From positions 10,111,660 to 10,175,659 of the forward strand of contig OZ316893.1 of assembly GCA_973895155.1 (NCBI GenBank): a DNA stretch of 64,000 nt, given 5' to 3'. A model generated the notes under the pieces. That model was not told where the DNA came from. It worked only from the letters and a program-made list of their open reading frames with translations, and did not search any database. Shown here in pieces: positions 1-12,817 of this stretch (position 1 is the first letter of the stretch; every line of letters starts with the position of its first letter). The stretch comes from Marsupella aquatica. Taxonomy: Eukaryota > Plantae > Marchantiophyta. The position numbers were made by a program, and so were the translations under genes.

Positions 1-1954
1 CGGTTTCAAGGTAACATTGTACTTTCTGAGATAACCTACCGACAAAATGAAGTCTACGGCTAGACCGTCTAGAACGTAGAACATCTCCTGACTAACAAAA
101 TTTTGTTGTTCGCCTATGACCTCTACCCGAAGTCTATGCACTACTCTCGACACTATCCCCTTCGTGTCGTTGGCGAACTTGCACACTAACGGTTGTAACA
201 GCTCTTGCACGTCCACCCAAGACGAGGTGCCGCCTGCCCACTTATGAAGCAGGCGGTCGCGCCTGTATCCACCAAGGCAACACCCAAATTACCGTTAGAA
301 GTGACATTCACAAAAATCAGTTTTTCAGGATCCATTGTCTTAAGTTTAGGTATCTTCTCTTGCAACAACACCCTCTCACCGCCAGGGACATCCCCTACAG
401 GGACCTTGTCAGCTACTAAGGGTTTGGTTAGAGCGATACTTACCTTAATGCTCTTCTGCCCTCCACCATCTCCGTTTGGCTTGCCACCTTTCGTGGAACA
501 ATCCTTACTTTGATGGCCCATGGCGCCTACTTCTTTGCTTTCTGTGCCGATGAGGCTCCTTTCTTAAAGTTGTTGGCCTTCCGGTTTCGCTTAGCTTCTC
601 CATTCTGGGGCTGGGGATCCAAACCACCGGCCCCCGCCCCCTCAGGTTGCTTCCGCTTATTCCCGGGACCTTTTGCTTTCCCAGCTTTCGCCTCGGATCC
701 CTTGCCACCCACCTTTGCCAAGTCCGGTCGGTTATTCACCAACATAGTGGCCTTGTCGAAGGCGTTAGAAAGCGTTTTGAACTCATGACGCTTTTCCTGC
801 AACTTTTCCCTGAGCAACGGCGGGAGACTCACAATAAAGTTGTGAAGTTGTGTGTGTAGGGTCTCTTGTCCCGTCGGGATACATGCCAACTGATTCTGGT
901 AATAAGTGATGTACTTTTGGATATCACCCCTGAAACTCATCTCCGTTATGCATTTCTGAGCATGTCGCTCCGGGTACTTAGTGGTGACATGAGCACGGAG
1001 ACCCTCAACCAGGTTTTCCCAAGTTAACGGTAAGGAGGAGTCCTCTCGCGACTTCTTCCATGACTTGTACCAAGTCAAGGCATAGTCCTTCAGGTAAGGA
1101 GCGGCTGCGGTAGCCCAAGTGGAACGCTCAATGCAAGCTTGGAGATGAATCTCCATTGTGGAGAGCCAACTTAGGAACTTTTATCCACTTTGCTCGTAGG
1201 CTCCGTCGTAAGTTGGAGGAGTTGGTAGCTGGTTCACTTGGAACATACTCTGTCCAACTACCATTCCCCCTTCGGGACGCGACGCACTCTGACTACCCAG
1301 ACTAAGTAAGTACTTAATCTGGGCCCCCTTGTTGTGTTCCAACTGCTCATAGATGAGTCGTTGGTCTTGAGTCAACGGACCTAGACCGTCGTCAGCGGCC
1401 GGGCCCTTGCGGGTTGTATGAGGACGGTCCTCCAACCGTCTTTCCTTTGCGGGCCGCCTGTCCTTAGGTTCTCTTGTGGATTTTGGTGAAACACCCCGCG
1501 TTTTGCGAGTACCATGACCTCCCGGGACTGAGGTATCACCCGCATCATCCTGGTTCTGCTTGGTCAAATTATCCACGATGATGTCCGGCTCGGCATCATC
1601 CTCTGGTTCCGTGTTCAACCCTCTCAAGGCTGGGATCACTTCCTCCTCCGGGTCCTGACCCTCTTCCTCTGTCTCAACTTCAGCGTTGTCGTCGCTTGCG
1701 GTTGCATCGGAGTCATCATCGTCCGATCCATCCTCTGAAGGATCAACCGCCTCCTTCCCTTTAAGTTGACGGCGCTTTGCACTTGCTTTGTTTGCCGCAG
1801 CGGTCGACGGTTCGGCCGTTGCGTCTTCTTCATCCTGCTTGTAACGTTCGTCTAGGGAAGTCGACCCGTCCTCCTTCTGTTCATCTTGAACTTGGGCTCT
1901 CCCCTTGGTGGGGGGAGCCTGCTTGCCACTCTTTGCACGAGTGTTTTTAGCCAT
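1..1954 (-). pseudogene. Disrupted gag-protease polyprotein
   Basis: ATG at 1954 (MAKNTRAK). An in-frame TAA at 1181-1183 separates two ORFs in the same frame (YEQSG*KFLSWLSTMEIHLQ). A frameshift/deletion near 522-530 removes the CxxC half of the zinc knuckle. After a frameshift near 215 the protease continues as DVQELLQPLVCKFAND...LAVDFILSVGYLRKY. Confidence 0.85.
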
Positions 1955-2074
1955 GTTCCCAACGACCAAATCTGCCCGCAGTCGACTCATCGGACACGTT
2001 GAAGCACTAAGTCCCCACAAAAATCCGTTAAGATTTTTGGATTCCGACTCGGCCCGGTGTCTATGCCAGCAATC

Positions 2075-2086
2075 GCTCTGATACCA
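2075..2086 (-). other. Primer binding site, tRNA-iMet type
   Basis: GCTCTGATACCA on + reads TGGTATCAGAGC on -, the canonical plant Met-tRNA PBS; it lies 4 nt from a TG at 2091. Confidence 0.9.
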
Positions 2087-2090
2087 CAAG

Positions 2091-3570
2091 TGGTGGACCT
2101 CACCATCCAGCGCCCTCACCAATCCCAGCACTTGCACCTAAGTGCCCTTGGTGCCCAAACGCCTCCACGGAATACCTCGAGCAAGCATCCAAGTGCCTCT
2201 AGCACGCCCAGCGGCCACTCCCATACGAAGCCGCACTTGCTCACCTACACGACCGCTACTCAACGGTCCTCATTGTTTACACAAGTAACCAAGTACCTCG
2301 GTAAGTAAACCCATCGGATCTAGAACTCGCCCAGTCTAGCATCCTAACTCAAGCTCAACAGACGTTGGTAAATAGGTCAGCGATAGGTCCTCCCGATGCC
2401 ATAAGCCGGAACCAGAACCCACACCCACTGTCCGTCCAGGACAGCTCCTTCCTTGGGCGCGGCCCGGGTTCCCCCTCGTACCTATCCATCACCAACTGAC
2501 CGCCCTGACCTCAGGACATACTCATGGCCCAAATAGTGTAGGTTGTCCTAAAGCTTGTCTCAACACGTCAGGACCAGAACGGCCCCGACTCTAACATCGA
2601 CTCCCGGTTTGCCCCACTGATGGTCTAGGGACCGAGCGCCCTTGGGACCCAGCCTCCATACCTACTTGGCCTTGCCTCCCCAACGCAAGCTCCCTTGGGA
2701 GGCTGAACGCGGCTTGGCTGCTGTTCGGCAAAATTTGGCAAGCGGGCGAGCTAACACCCGAAAACCACGAGAACCCATGGCACCCCCAGACCCAGCTGAG
2801 CTCAGGAGGGCATAGCCCTCCTCAAGAGCTTTCCAACGCACCTAAGAAGTCCTCCAACGGACTTCCCGTTGGGAAGATATCGCCATTTTCGTTTGGCGAT
2901 TTCCCTTAGTGTCGCGATCGCCGCGGCTCACGACTTCGGCTCGCCCTTAGCCCCCAGGGAAACACCACTCCCCTCATATATGCTTCTGGAGACCTGCCAC
3001 CCCCGGACCAGCTTTGGTCCCGAAACATTTGGCCCCCAACCCGGATCCCATCGCGCATAATGGGCGCGCCACCAACTGGCAACGCCCATAACTTTCTTGA
3101 TAGGCATCCGCAAGCGGAGTGCCTTAGCCCGTTGTAACCGGGCCGACCCAGTGCTCATGCCTAGGCCCTCAGGTCTGATCGCCGCTCGGGGCCCCCGACC
3201 GGCCCAACCCGGCTCGGGCCACAACTTGCACCCCAAGCGTCCGTTGCCAATGGCGTCAACTCCATTGGCCTTGGGACCAAGAGGAGCTCACTTCCAAGCC
3301 CTCAGAACTCAAAGCCCATCCGACGGTCCGGACGGCCATCCATGAGTCCGGCCCATTTCCCCTTGACCCGACCAACCATAGGCTAGTCCAAGTCCTTAGT
3401 TTGTGTCCCCAGCTTGGCCCCTTGCCTCGCCAATGCCATGTCTCATTGCCCACAAGTCTCCCCATGCTAAGTCCTCCCCGGATGGCCTATCCGGGCCTGG
3501 ACCATAAGGGAGCTCGGCGTCGGAGTCAGCAACGCCGAAGCTAAGTGTTAAGGTAGTCGAGTTCCGCGAC
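2091..3570 (-). repeat. Putative 5' LTR (about 1.5 kb)
   Basis: Non-coding GC-rich tract between the PBS and the abrupt start of LINE RT coding sequence at about 3571. The partner LTR is outside the window, so the outer boundary is approximate. Confidence 0.6.
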
Positions 3571-6184
3571 TGGAAGGGAAAGACATCCTCGATAACTTGA
3601 TGTCCTTCAAATTGAGCCAGGAATTGGCCACGCTTAGAAGACAACCACTCATTTTCCTTAAGTTAGATTTCGTCAAAGCCTATGATCGTGTTGCACACTC
3701 CTTCCTTTGGGCTGTGATGGGGGCGATGGGGTTCGATGAGGCGGTGATCAAGCTGGTGAAAGGACTGGTGGTAGGAACCGAATCAAAAGTACATGTTAAC
3801 AGACGCTTCACTGAGTCTATTCAACTGCTCAGAGGTGTGCGGCAAGGGTGCCCGCTCTCCTCACTCCTCTTTACTCTTACCACCCAGCCACTCATGTCCA
3901 TGATTCAGCAGGGGTTGGAGAATGGATGCTTGCAGGGGATGAAGACGCTTGACGGCAGTAGCCTGTGCCACCAGCTGTTTGCGGACGATATATACTGGGC
4001 TGTTTTTGGCTGCCACTGAATCTGAATTCAACATTGCCAGGCATATAATTCAGCAATGAATATGAACTTATTTCCGGGGCTATGCTGAATATCCAAAAGT
4101 CCCGGATCATCCCGCTGTACCTGGAGGAAGAAGTCTACCCCAACTGGTTCCAAAACACCGGATGCAGCATTGCCTTAGCTGGACAAATTACTGAGTATCT
4201 GGGCTGCCCTATCGGCTACAAAGGCCGTCATAGGCCACCAGTTTTCTGTTGGGCAAAGTGAGGAAGAGACTCTTTCATTGGACCAACCGCATTCTGACTA
4301 TGGCTAGTAGAGTTATATTGCTGAAACATGTGCTCCGGGCCATCCCCACGTATCATCTGATGACTCTGGAACTTCAGCAAACTGGATACAACGAGCTCGA
4401 GAAACTGTGCAGACGGTTTCTCTGGGGATCCTCCGCCGCAAATGGTCACAAGAAAGCCTTGATTGCTTGGAAGGACATTACTGTCCGGAAAGAGGTGGGA
4501 TGCCTGGGGATCCTCCCCTTTGCTGAGCAGGCTCAAGCACTGAAGATGAGACATATCTCCAAGATTGTTTCGGGGGGCAATCACGAATGGGTGAAGTTGG
4601 CAAATGAGCTCATCAAGCAGGGGCTGAAAACTGGCAGAGAGAAAAAAGAACGAAGGTGGTGGTCACCCAACGAAGCTCTCCTACTGAGTGATGAACTGGT
4701 CATTAAGGGGTCCCAACGTTAAGAGCCCTCCTGAAAGGATGGACAGCCAAACGATCACTACTATCTTTCAATTTTGACAAGGGCAAGCTCCCAATCACCC
4801 TTACCACCGAGCAGGTTGTCCTCCTGTACTCTTTCACGAACCCACTATCTGATCAGGAAGGGGCTAATCTGAGAAGATACATGGCTACCCGCAGAATCAG
4901 GAGGATTACTGACTTATGGACACCTCAAGGAGGTTGGACTCACGAAGGCGAGCTCCACGCAAGAGTCAGGAGCAACAGTCCCAGCGGACAATCCGAATTC
5001 TCCAACTTCTATTCCCAACTTAGAAGATGCCCCGGCTTAAGCGACATCAAGTTACATGACTGCGAAGGTTGGCAGTGGAAGTGGAAAGGCAGAAATTGGG
5101 GCTGGAACTTCCCCAATAAAGTGTGGACAGAGTGCAATTTACCTGAGACCATGGACGTGACCAAGATAAATAGGAGGTGGGGACAACTGAGCACACCTGA
5201 GGGCTGGAAATCCCGGTGGAAGTGGCTTTGGGGTGGATGGGCTCTTCCCAAAGTCAGATTCTTCATCTGGAGACTCCTGAATCACGGATTCTTTAACAAC
5301 GGACGGGGAAGCCACTGGAAAGTTTGTGACGGAATCTGTGGTAGGTGCAAATCTTGTTTTGAACACACTGAACACCTTTTTTTTAGTTGTAACAAAGTCT
5401 GTGAGAGGTGGGGGGAGGTACAGTGGCTGACTCGAGATCACCCGGCCCTTGCCTTCCCGACTGGGACCTTGTTTGACGCTATCCACGGAGCCATCCGACT
5501 GCAGAAGAGAAGACCAGGGCCTTTGATTCTCTTAATGGAATTGTGCTCTAGCATTTGGACTGAACGCAACGCTGCCGTCTACTCTCAATTCCTCGGCCGG
5601 CTTCCCGGGTGGGTGGTCCTTAGATACACCGAGAGGCACTTGCAGGCGATGCTGGACATCTGCACTTCACCTAAAAAAGGGAAACAACTCAGAACTGCTC
5701 TTGGACAAATCCACGCGGTCCTTCAACCCTGGGAGAAAACTGAAAGCCCGATGGCAATTAACTCGATTTCTGATGAAGCAGCGAACAGTCAAGAATAAGG
5801 TTAACTTGCAGTTCGTTCAGGGTGACCACTGGGCTCTGTATGACACCACTGAGAAGAGTAATCAAAACTTTAGCACGATCCGTGACCAAGCGCACAAGGG
5901 TAGACTGGACAGCAAGTATAACAGAGTGAGAGATACAGGTAAGCATAGCAAAGACAGGAGGAAAAGACATAGACAGGATAGAGATGACAATCATTGGTCT
6001 TCGACCACTCCCCGATTAGGGTGGTGTTTCTTTGAACCATGGCTGGATTAGTGGTTCTGTTGGCCTGTTGTTCGCCGTGTGGCCGCGGTCCTCCCTGGGT
6101 GGCTTTTGTCCCCGGGGGGTGTTTCTGGGCTTTGTCCCCCTTGTCTTAAAAATAAAAATAAAAATAAAAATAAAATAAAATAAA
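3571..6184 (+). mobile_element. L1-type LINE, 3' part (RT, zf-RVT, 3' UTR, A-rich tail); frameshifted
   Basis: RT motifs GKDILDN, LDFVKAYDRV, GVRQGCPLSSLLF and LFADD; post-RT segment KVRKRLFHW...SRVILLKHVLRAIPTY; zf-RVT (PKVRFFIWRLL...CGRC...EHLFFSC); (AAAAT)n tail at 6148-6184. Confidence 0.92.
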
Positions 6185-7221
6185 TTTACCTCAATTGGCA
6201 AATGCTCCCCAATTTTTAAATTTTTTTCCCTTGACAAAACCACTTGAATTACATTCAAAAAGCCAACATACAACAGGAGTGGCCCACAAAAGGGGGTTGG
6301 CACCCAGGAGGACCATAGGTCATGCAGGTTTTGGCTCCCTGAAATTTTGATGCTTGATTTATGTGTCCAATGCAGCTTGAATTGTGTCAGAATTTTTCAG
6401 CAATCAGACAGCATAAATTGGGCCAAAGCTTGCAAGAGAAATTATCACAGCAGTCCCCTAAATGGAACGGAGTTTGTGATGGACAAGAGCTTACCTTCTT
6501 AATGTCTACTTCTTTCTTGAGCTCAATGTGTTGCCAGGTAGATCTCCATCTCAAATTCATTTGGACATCCTGAAACATTTGGACACGTGCTGAAGCCTCC
6601 TTCCTTTTCCTTAAACGCATGGAGCGTGAATAAGTTAGGAGTTATTTCTTCAATTGGGCATAACACTTTTAAGTTTTGTTGAACATTAGCGGTGTTCTAA
6701 ACCAATTTTGAGACTATAGGAGTTTTAATAACCAATTTGCCAACATTCCATAAGGTGAGCAGTACAAATAATAGGAAAAAAATATTTTATGTTTTAGGGT
6801 ATTTATTATCCAAAACTTTGGGCGTATTAGAACTCCCTTGCAGTGAGGCCCCCAAGTGAGACCCGGCCAAAAATTATCACTTCCAGACAGTAACTATATG
6901 TTGTTCCAAAGGAAATTCAAACAGTAGTCCTTGGTTGTGGGAGAGGGTTGGTGGGTGAGTCAGATGGGCCGAGTGCCAAACATAGCAAATGCAATTAAGA
7001 CAATCCGTAGATGGGCCACAACATTTAACCTAAGGATTGTGACAGACCAAACAAAACAAAAACTCTAAAAGGTGAGCATTGATTTCAACAAAAAGAAAAG
7101 TTACATGTGAATAAAAGACAACCTTTCAGAACACTCCATACAAGCTTTGGCAGTTTTTGCTTGGTTTGTCTCAATGCTTGGATTGATTTGTGCCATGAAA
7201 TCATGACTCATTAGAGTTATA

Positions 7222-8093
7222 TCTAAAACTGTAATACTGAATCCCGCCTATTTGTGACCTTCGTCCCGTTACGATAATGTTTTTCGTGTCTTAGTTTTCT
7301 TTCAACTGCGCGATCTCCAAAATGAACCCCGGCTGGACAAAAGCCTGTCGTGCCTCCCACGCGATGAAAATGGACTTTATGCACTTTGTTTTTGCACTCT
7401 TTATTGGTGGCTGCAAACACTGCTCCATTAAACAATAGATCTGTAAGTGCAAAATCCTCTACAAGAGCATATACAGTTATGAATAAGAGCGTAAACTCCC
7501 ATGTGGAACTCTTATGGATAAGTGCATATTACTTTAGGTATCTAGAAAAGTTTGGTTTACTGGGCATTGCGTGCTGTGATGCCCCCAAAGATAGTATCTT
7601 AAATATATCGTCTTTGGATTTTCTCAATTCTTACTACCTAAGAAGGCCACCGTGTTGTGTCAACTTACGAGAACCTCTTAAATTGTATTGTAGAAGAAAA
7701 AGTGAAGTCCAGTTGGCCCCTAAAAGATCACTTTGCATTGAGGCAATATAGACATGAGTTGGTTGTTGGTAGCCACGTTTATTGCTCACCAAATTACCTT
7801 ATTCAATGTTATATACCTTGCCAAAAGTGATATTTTGACATCTTTTTCTCAGCTTGACATCTTTTACCTCCTCGACATGATGTTCTCTCCTTACCTTCTT
7901 TTTCTCCTCAACATCTTTTTTCACCTTGACTTTTTTTCCTCACCTCAACATCTTTTTCTCTCCTTGACATCTCTTTCCTCCTCGACTTCTTTTCGTCACC
8001 TCAACATCTTTTTCTCTCCTCGACATCTCTTTTCACCTTGACATCTTTTCCTTGCATTGACATCCTTTGTGCAATGCACAGGCCTCTGGCTAG
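7222..8093 (+). mobile_element. Non-autonomous Helitron
   Basis: 5' end A|TCTAAAACTGTAAT at 7221/7222. 3' end has a short palindrome TGTGCAATGCACA (8068-8080) followed by CTAG|T (8090-8094). Inserted between A and T with no TSD, as expected for Helitrons. Confidence 0.65.
7834..8063 (+). repeat. Degenerate pyrimidine-rich minisatellite (about 20-bp unit, CTTGACATCTTTTTCTC-like) inside the Helitron
   Basis: Repeated (C/T)T(C/T)GACATCTTTT motif visible across the interval. Confidence 0.8.
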
Positions 8094-8733
8094 TAAAAAA
8101 CGAACAAGGTAAAATGAAGGGTGATCTTTGTTGTTAAGCCCAAAAGAAATCCAGCCCAAATTCTTGCATGGACACATATATATTAGATCATCAAACTTTG
8201 GTTGAGGTCTTGGGGCAGTATTGTGAAGTCAAAGTGGTCTTATTTTGGTTCAGACTTTTTGCTCTGGTAGGAACTGCATGTGCTTAGTGTGAAGCACATC
8301 TAAAGCCCTTTTGGCAGTTTGAGCCCCTGTTTGAATCCAAGTAGTTGTACTGTGGGATGACGCTCAACTCACCCTAGATCCGTGCCTACACATCAGTCCA
8401 CTCACCCCAATTTGGCATATTAGTACTAAACTCTTTCCATGGGAACTTCTGTCTTGGAAAATCCAATTGTGAACTTATTTAGAGCATTCTCAGGGGTCAC
8501 ATTGTACTTGGCTCCTTAGCAGGCAAACTAGTCAGTTGTTTTGGCAGGCCCAAAAGTGGAGGTGTCCTGGTCCTGGCAAGGTTCTCCACCAGACACCAGC
8601 ACTGACATCACAGTGCACAATACTTTGTGACAGTGGATGTGGTCCAGGAATGTATGGGCGTCGTCGATTTCAGATGTCCGGAATGGCTGTCAGCCATCGA
8701 TTGCACATGGCGGGTGTAGAGGCCTCCATTTTG

Positions 8734-8977
8734 GCGGTACCGCCATGTTGATGCCATTTTGACTCCATGTGTGAGGATACACTAAATCTCCCAAGCCCAG
8801 GTGTACACAGAGAGGAGTGGAGGTATATGCTTGATGGACCCCCAAAATGAAGCGGTACCTCCATGTTGATGCCATTTTGACTCCATGTGTGAGGATACAC
8901 TAAAATCTCCCAAGACCAGGTGTACACAGAGAGGAGTGGAGGTATATGCTTGATGGACCCTCAAAATGAAGCGTTAC
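8734..8977 (+). repeat. Near-identical tandem duplication, 118-119 bp unit, 2 copies
   Basis: GCGGTACC.CCATGTTGATGCCATTTTGACTCC...CAAAATGAA begins at 8734 and 8852; a third unit starts at 8971. Confidence 0.92.
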
Positions 8978-9242
8978 TTGATGGGACCCTTTGAGTGGTC
9001 CATAGCGTTCATAGGCCTTACATAAACGTACCCAAAAACTCAAATTACACTTTTCGTTTTGTTTTGGGGTACATCAACCAAACAGCTCGGAAAAGGCTCA
9101 GACCGGTGTGAATGCTGTTATAGGAACAATAAAAAATCTGAACGAAGAATATTAAATCTCATGATGGACCCGCTGTACACAAAAGCCCCACAATGGTGGT
9201 GACCGGCGAGGAATTTGCAGCAAGCATTGCCTGTCGGTCACG

Positions 9243-12175
9243 ATGGTGTCTGCCAAGAAGAAGGTCATCATCGACACTGATCCCGGAATTGGTACGTATG
9301 GGAGTCCGAAGTATGACGAGCTTTTCAACAAGCTCTCACACTCAGGGGACAAGTCGTGTTATCCTCGTGTGACGTCTGTCGTTCGAGTTTCTTGCTGTTG
9401 AATTGGGGGATTCTTAAAGCTCTGTGGTCCTCAAAGACGGATTGGCAGGAAAGATTGCTCACCAGGTATTGTCTAAGATATTAGAAATCTACTTTTCTGT
9501 GAGAAGGACTATTCTAGAACGGGCAGCTTTTGCTCCAGTTTCCAGTTTCCACAAGCACAGAAACTAATTTACTCCTTGTGTACAGATGATGCAATGGCGA
9601 TCTTCCTGGCGTTCAATTCACCAGAATTGGACGTCATAGGCATGACCACCATCTTTGGAAATGTCCGAACAACGATGGCAACTTCTAATGCCCTCCATCT
9701 GGTTTGCGTCCCTTGCCCATTTCCTCGTGCTGAAGATGAATGCCGATATGAATGTTCCCCATTGATGTGCAAGCAAGCAAAACTTGGTAAGAGAATGAAT
9801 GAGTCACTTAGATTATGTAGGAAACTAGGCCCAAGTTCAGAAGCTAACGTTTCAGGCTGAAGAAAGATTGTACCCTAAAAATGAAGTCGATAGCAAATAG
9901 ACTGCGCAGATACAGGGAAGGATCGAAGCAGGGTTGTTTAGGGGAGATGTAGATCAGATAGCTATTATAGACGAATGACATAAGAGTTCTGGCTCTTTGC
10001 AAGCCTCACAGGGTTAGAAATCTCTAGTCTTTTGCAGATTCGTCCCATATTAATTACCTCATTATGTTTTGTTGTTTTTCATGAGCAGTGTGACGTTGCT
10101 GGGAGAGATGATATTCCAGTTTCGCAAGGATTTGTCACAACCTTGATTGTAAGTAAGACTTTTTGGATCTGTTTTAATAGAGGAAGTGGAACCCTCCAAT
10201 TTCATATCTTTACTGTGTAGTTTCTTGTTGATTGGGTGATTCTCGGATTGTGTTGAATCGAGATTCGCATGTTCGCATAGTCAAATAAGGAAAAACGAGT
10301 AGCGATTTCGCGTAATATACAATAAGTGACTCTATGAATTTCTTGGCTTTGATTGTGTCTTTCTTCGTTCCCCTACCCTCAAAATCTGCTTGCAAGTTTC
10401 ATCTGATGCGTGAGTAAGATCAGAGGATCATGGTAGCAACAGTAAACTGCACAATCCTAAAGACGAGTGAACTCCGAATAATGTTTCGTCTACATTATTT
10501 GGGTTGCTGTGTTGGAAAGCAGGGACAAGAGAAGATGCAGGTTGCGGATTTTGTTCATGGCAAGGATGGACTTGGAGACACCAACCCAGCTCCACCAAAG
10601 AGGAAAGCAATTGAACAGGGCGCGCCTGAGTTTCTGATCGAGAAAGTGAAGGAATTTCCCGGGGAGATCACTATTGTGGCACTGGGACCCCTGACGAACC
10701 TTGCAAAGGTACAGTGTCGCCTTCATCCAATTGCGGTTTAAATGCGCCAATCAGTTCATACTCCTATTCTTTCCATCGTTTCTTTTGACGCAATTGGCCA
10801 GTGCATGTTGTTAAGATGGTGAACTTTCTCTTTCCGAAGTTAGGACCACATTTTTGCCAATGCGAAACTGTCTTATGTGCTTATGCTCTCGTGCAGGCTG
10901 TTCAGGATGACCCTGAATTTGCCAAGAACGTGGGTCAAATTATTGTGTTAGGTGGGGCATTCTCAGTGAATGGAAATGTCAACCCAGCAGCAGAAGCAAA
11001 TGTACGTGAAATTATCGCTCAGCAACAAACTTAGATCCCAATAGTTCTTGCCTTGCCTGTCCTCAAGACCCAACTATGTAGAGGCTTTTGTTGAATTTCT
11101 AACCCCAGATGATCACCCTATATAACTGAACTTTGAAGCCAGGAATGTAATCATTTTCTGATGGTAGTAGGTCCATGGAGATCCTGAGGCTGCAGACATC
11201 GTGTTTATCTGTGGTGCTGACATTCTGGTTGTTGGTATCAACGTTACACATCAAGTGTTTCTGACTGGTACATGTTCTCTCTCCTATGCAGAAGGATAAT
11301 TCAGTTAAGCCTCGCTGTCTTTTCTGTTAAATGACGTGTAAATTCTAAGAGATGTTTCCTGAAATGTCCAGTTCCGGCACAACAGGGCCCACAAAACATC
11401 TTTGATAGAAGCTGTAATGTATTGTCACTTTCTGAATCCTTGAGAGCCGTGGATATTTACATCAGAGAATGCTACTTGATCTTCTCAGATGAGCAAATGG
11501 AAGAAGTAGGAAGAAGCAAGGGTAAATTCGGCAAGTACTTGTATGATGCAGCAAAGTTCTATTTTCGCTATCATCGCGAGGCGTATGACATAAATGGTTA
11601 GGATCTTCACTACCGCTTGGAGTAGAGCATGTGGTGCAGTAACTGGTGATGGACAGCATCGTTCAATAAAAATTTAGGAAGAAAGAATGTTCATGGGTTG
11701 AGCTGATAACTTTGCAAAAACATTCATAACCGGCTACGATTGTGACTTGGTGTTTTTGGAAAGCTTCAGTTGGGGCATTTGTAATATGTTTTCATCAATG
11801 TGATTCCCTTCAAGCAGTAACGAAATGCTTGTGTGTCTACTGCAGCCATTTATTTACATGACCCGACGACAATGATGGCAGCTGTAGATCCATCACTGTT
11901 AACCTATGAAGAAGGTGTTGTAAGAGTCCAGACAGACGGTATATGTCGAGGAATGACTGTTTTCTGTGATACACTGAAAAGGTATGTTTGGGACACAGAA
12001 CTCCCTGCCTCTTTTGTACTGCCTTAACTCGTGCCAATAGACTGATAGTAGCCTCATATTTGGGTGCAGGTGGGCCGAACCTACAGAGTGGTGCAATAAG
12101 CCTCGGGTGAAGGTTGCGGTCACTGTTGATGCAGACAAGATGGCGGAACAAATCAAAGACAGGCTGTCGGCATAA
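9243..12175 (+). CDS. NRH: Nucleoside N-ribohydrolase (inosine/uridine-preferring, URH/NSH/NRH family), 9 exons
   Basis: Exons 9243-9291, 9586-9701, 10089-10148, 10523-10708, 10897-11001, 11171-11267, 11489-11596, 11846-11981 and 12070-12175, all with GT-AG introns. Motifs: KVIIDTDPGIDDAMA, TTIFGNV, VHGKDGLG, ALGPLTNLA, GNVNPAAEAN, YLHDP. Confidence 0.95.
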
Positions 12176-12792
12176 GTTCTAATTTATTTATTTTGGTTGT
12201 TGTTGTCTGTGTGTGGACTAAAGGAGTTTGTGCTGACATGTAGATCTCGGCATAAGTTCTATCAAAGTGTAGTCCAGTATTAATGCTATGTTCGAAGGCC
12301 ACTTTGAAGAAAGAAACTTACGTTGGTCTTTATTAAACCTTCCATTATTTACATAGCATTACGTGTCTTTCTACCTTCGGTATCTGCCCGTCAGACTCTA
12401 GTCTAGAGTTCGTGACGCGATGCATGCATCCAACTTTTCTAGACGCACTAGCTGGACAGTGAAGCAATGTATGGGTGGAATGCACTGGGAAAACAGGACA
12501 GAAACTCGTCCGCCAAAGCTTTAGGTCCGTGATGGCTCGTGTAGATTCGGTTGTTTCAATTTTCGTTTTCGTTTTAATCCAAGTGGGTAGTTTATGGTGC
12601 TGGTACTGATCGATAATGCAAACTCATTCACGACCTTCACACCCTTGGCTAGTATTGAATGAGGGCAACCTTCTGCTCTTGTCGAATACAGGCAGTGTGG
12701 GTTGAAATGTAGAGTTCCTCACGTTCTCAAAATCTTAAATATATGGGGTCAACTCAATAGAAGACGTCTGGAGCCTACGTCTCTCAGTATCT

Positions 12793-12817
12793 ATATCATA
12801 TCATATCATATCATATC
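12793..12817 (+). repeat. (ATATC)5 microsatellite
   Basis: Direct reading of the sequence. Confidence 0.85.

Larger units (their letters stand above)
1..3570 (-). mobile_element. Ty3/Gypsy LTR retrotransposon, 5' part (LTR, PBS, gag, protease); decayed; runs off the window start
   Basis: Minus strand shows a tRNA-iMet PBS at 2075-2086, gag-like ORFs 1181-2137 and 527-1156, half a zinc knuckle (GHQSKDC) and an aspartic protease motif (ALVDTGAT). RT/INT order lies outside the window, so Gypsy is inferred from gag/protease style. Confidence 0.85.
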
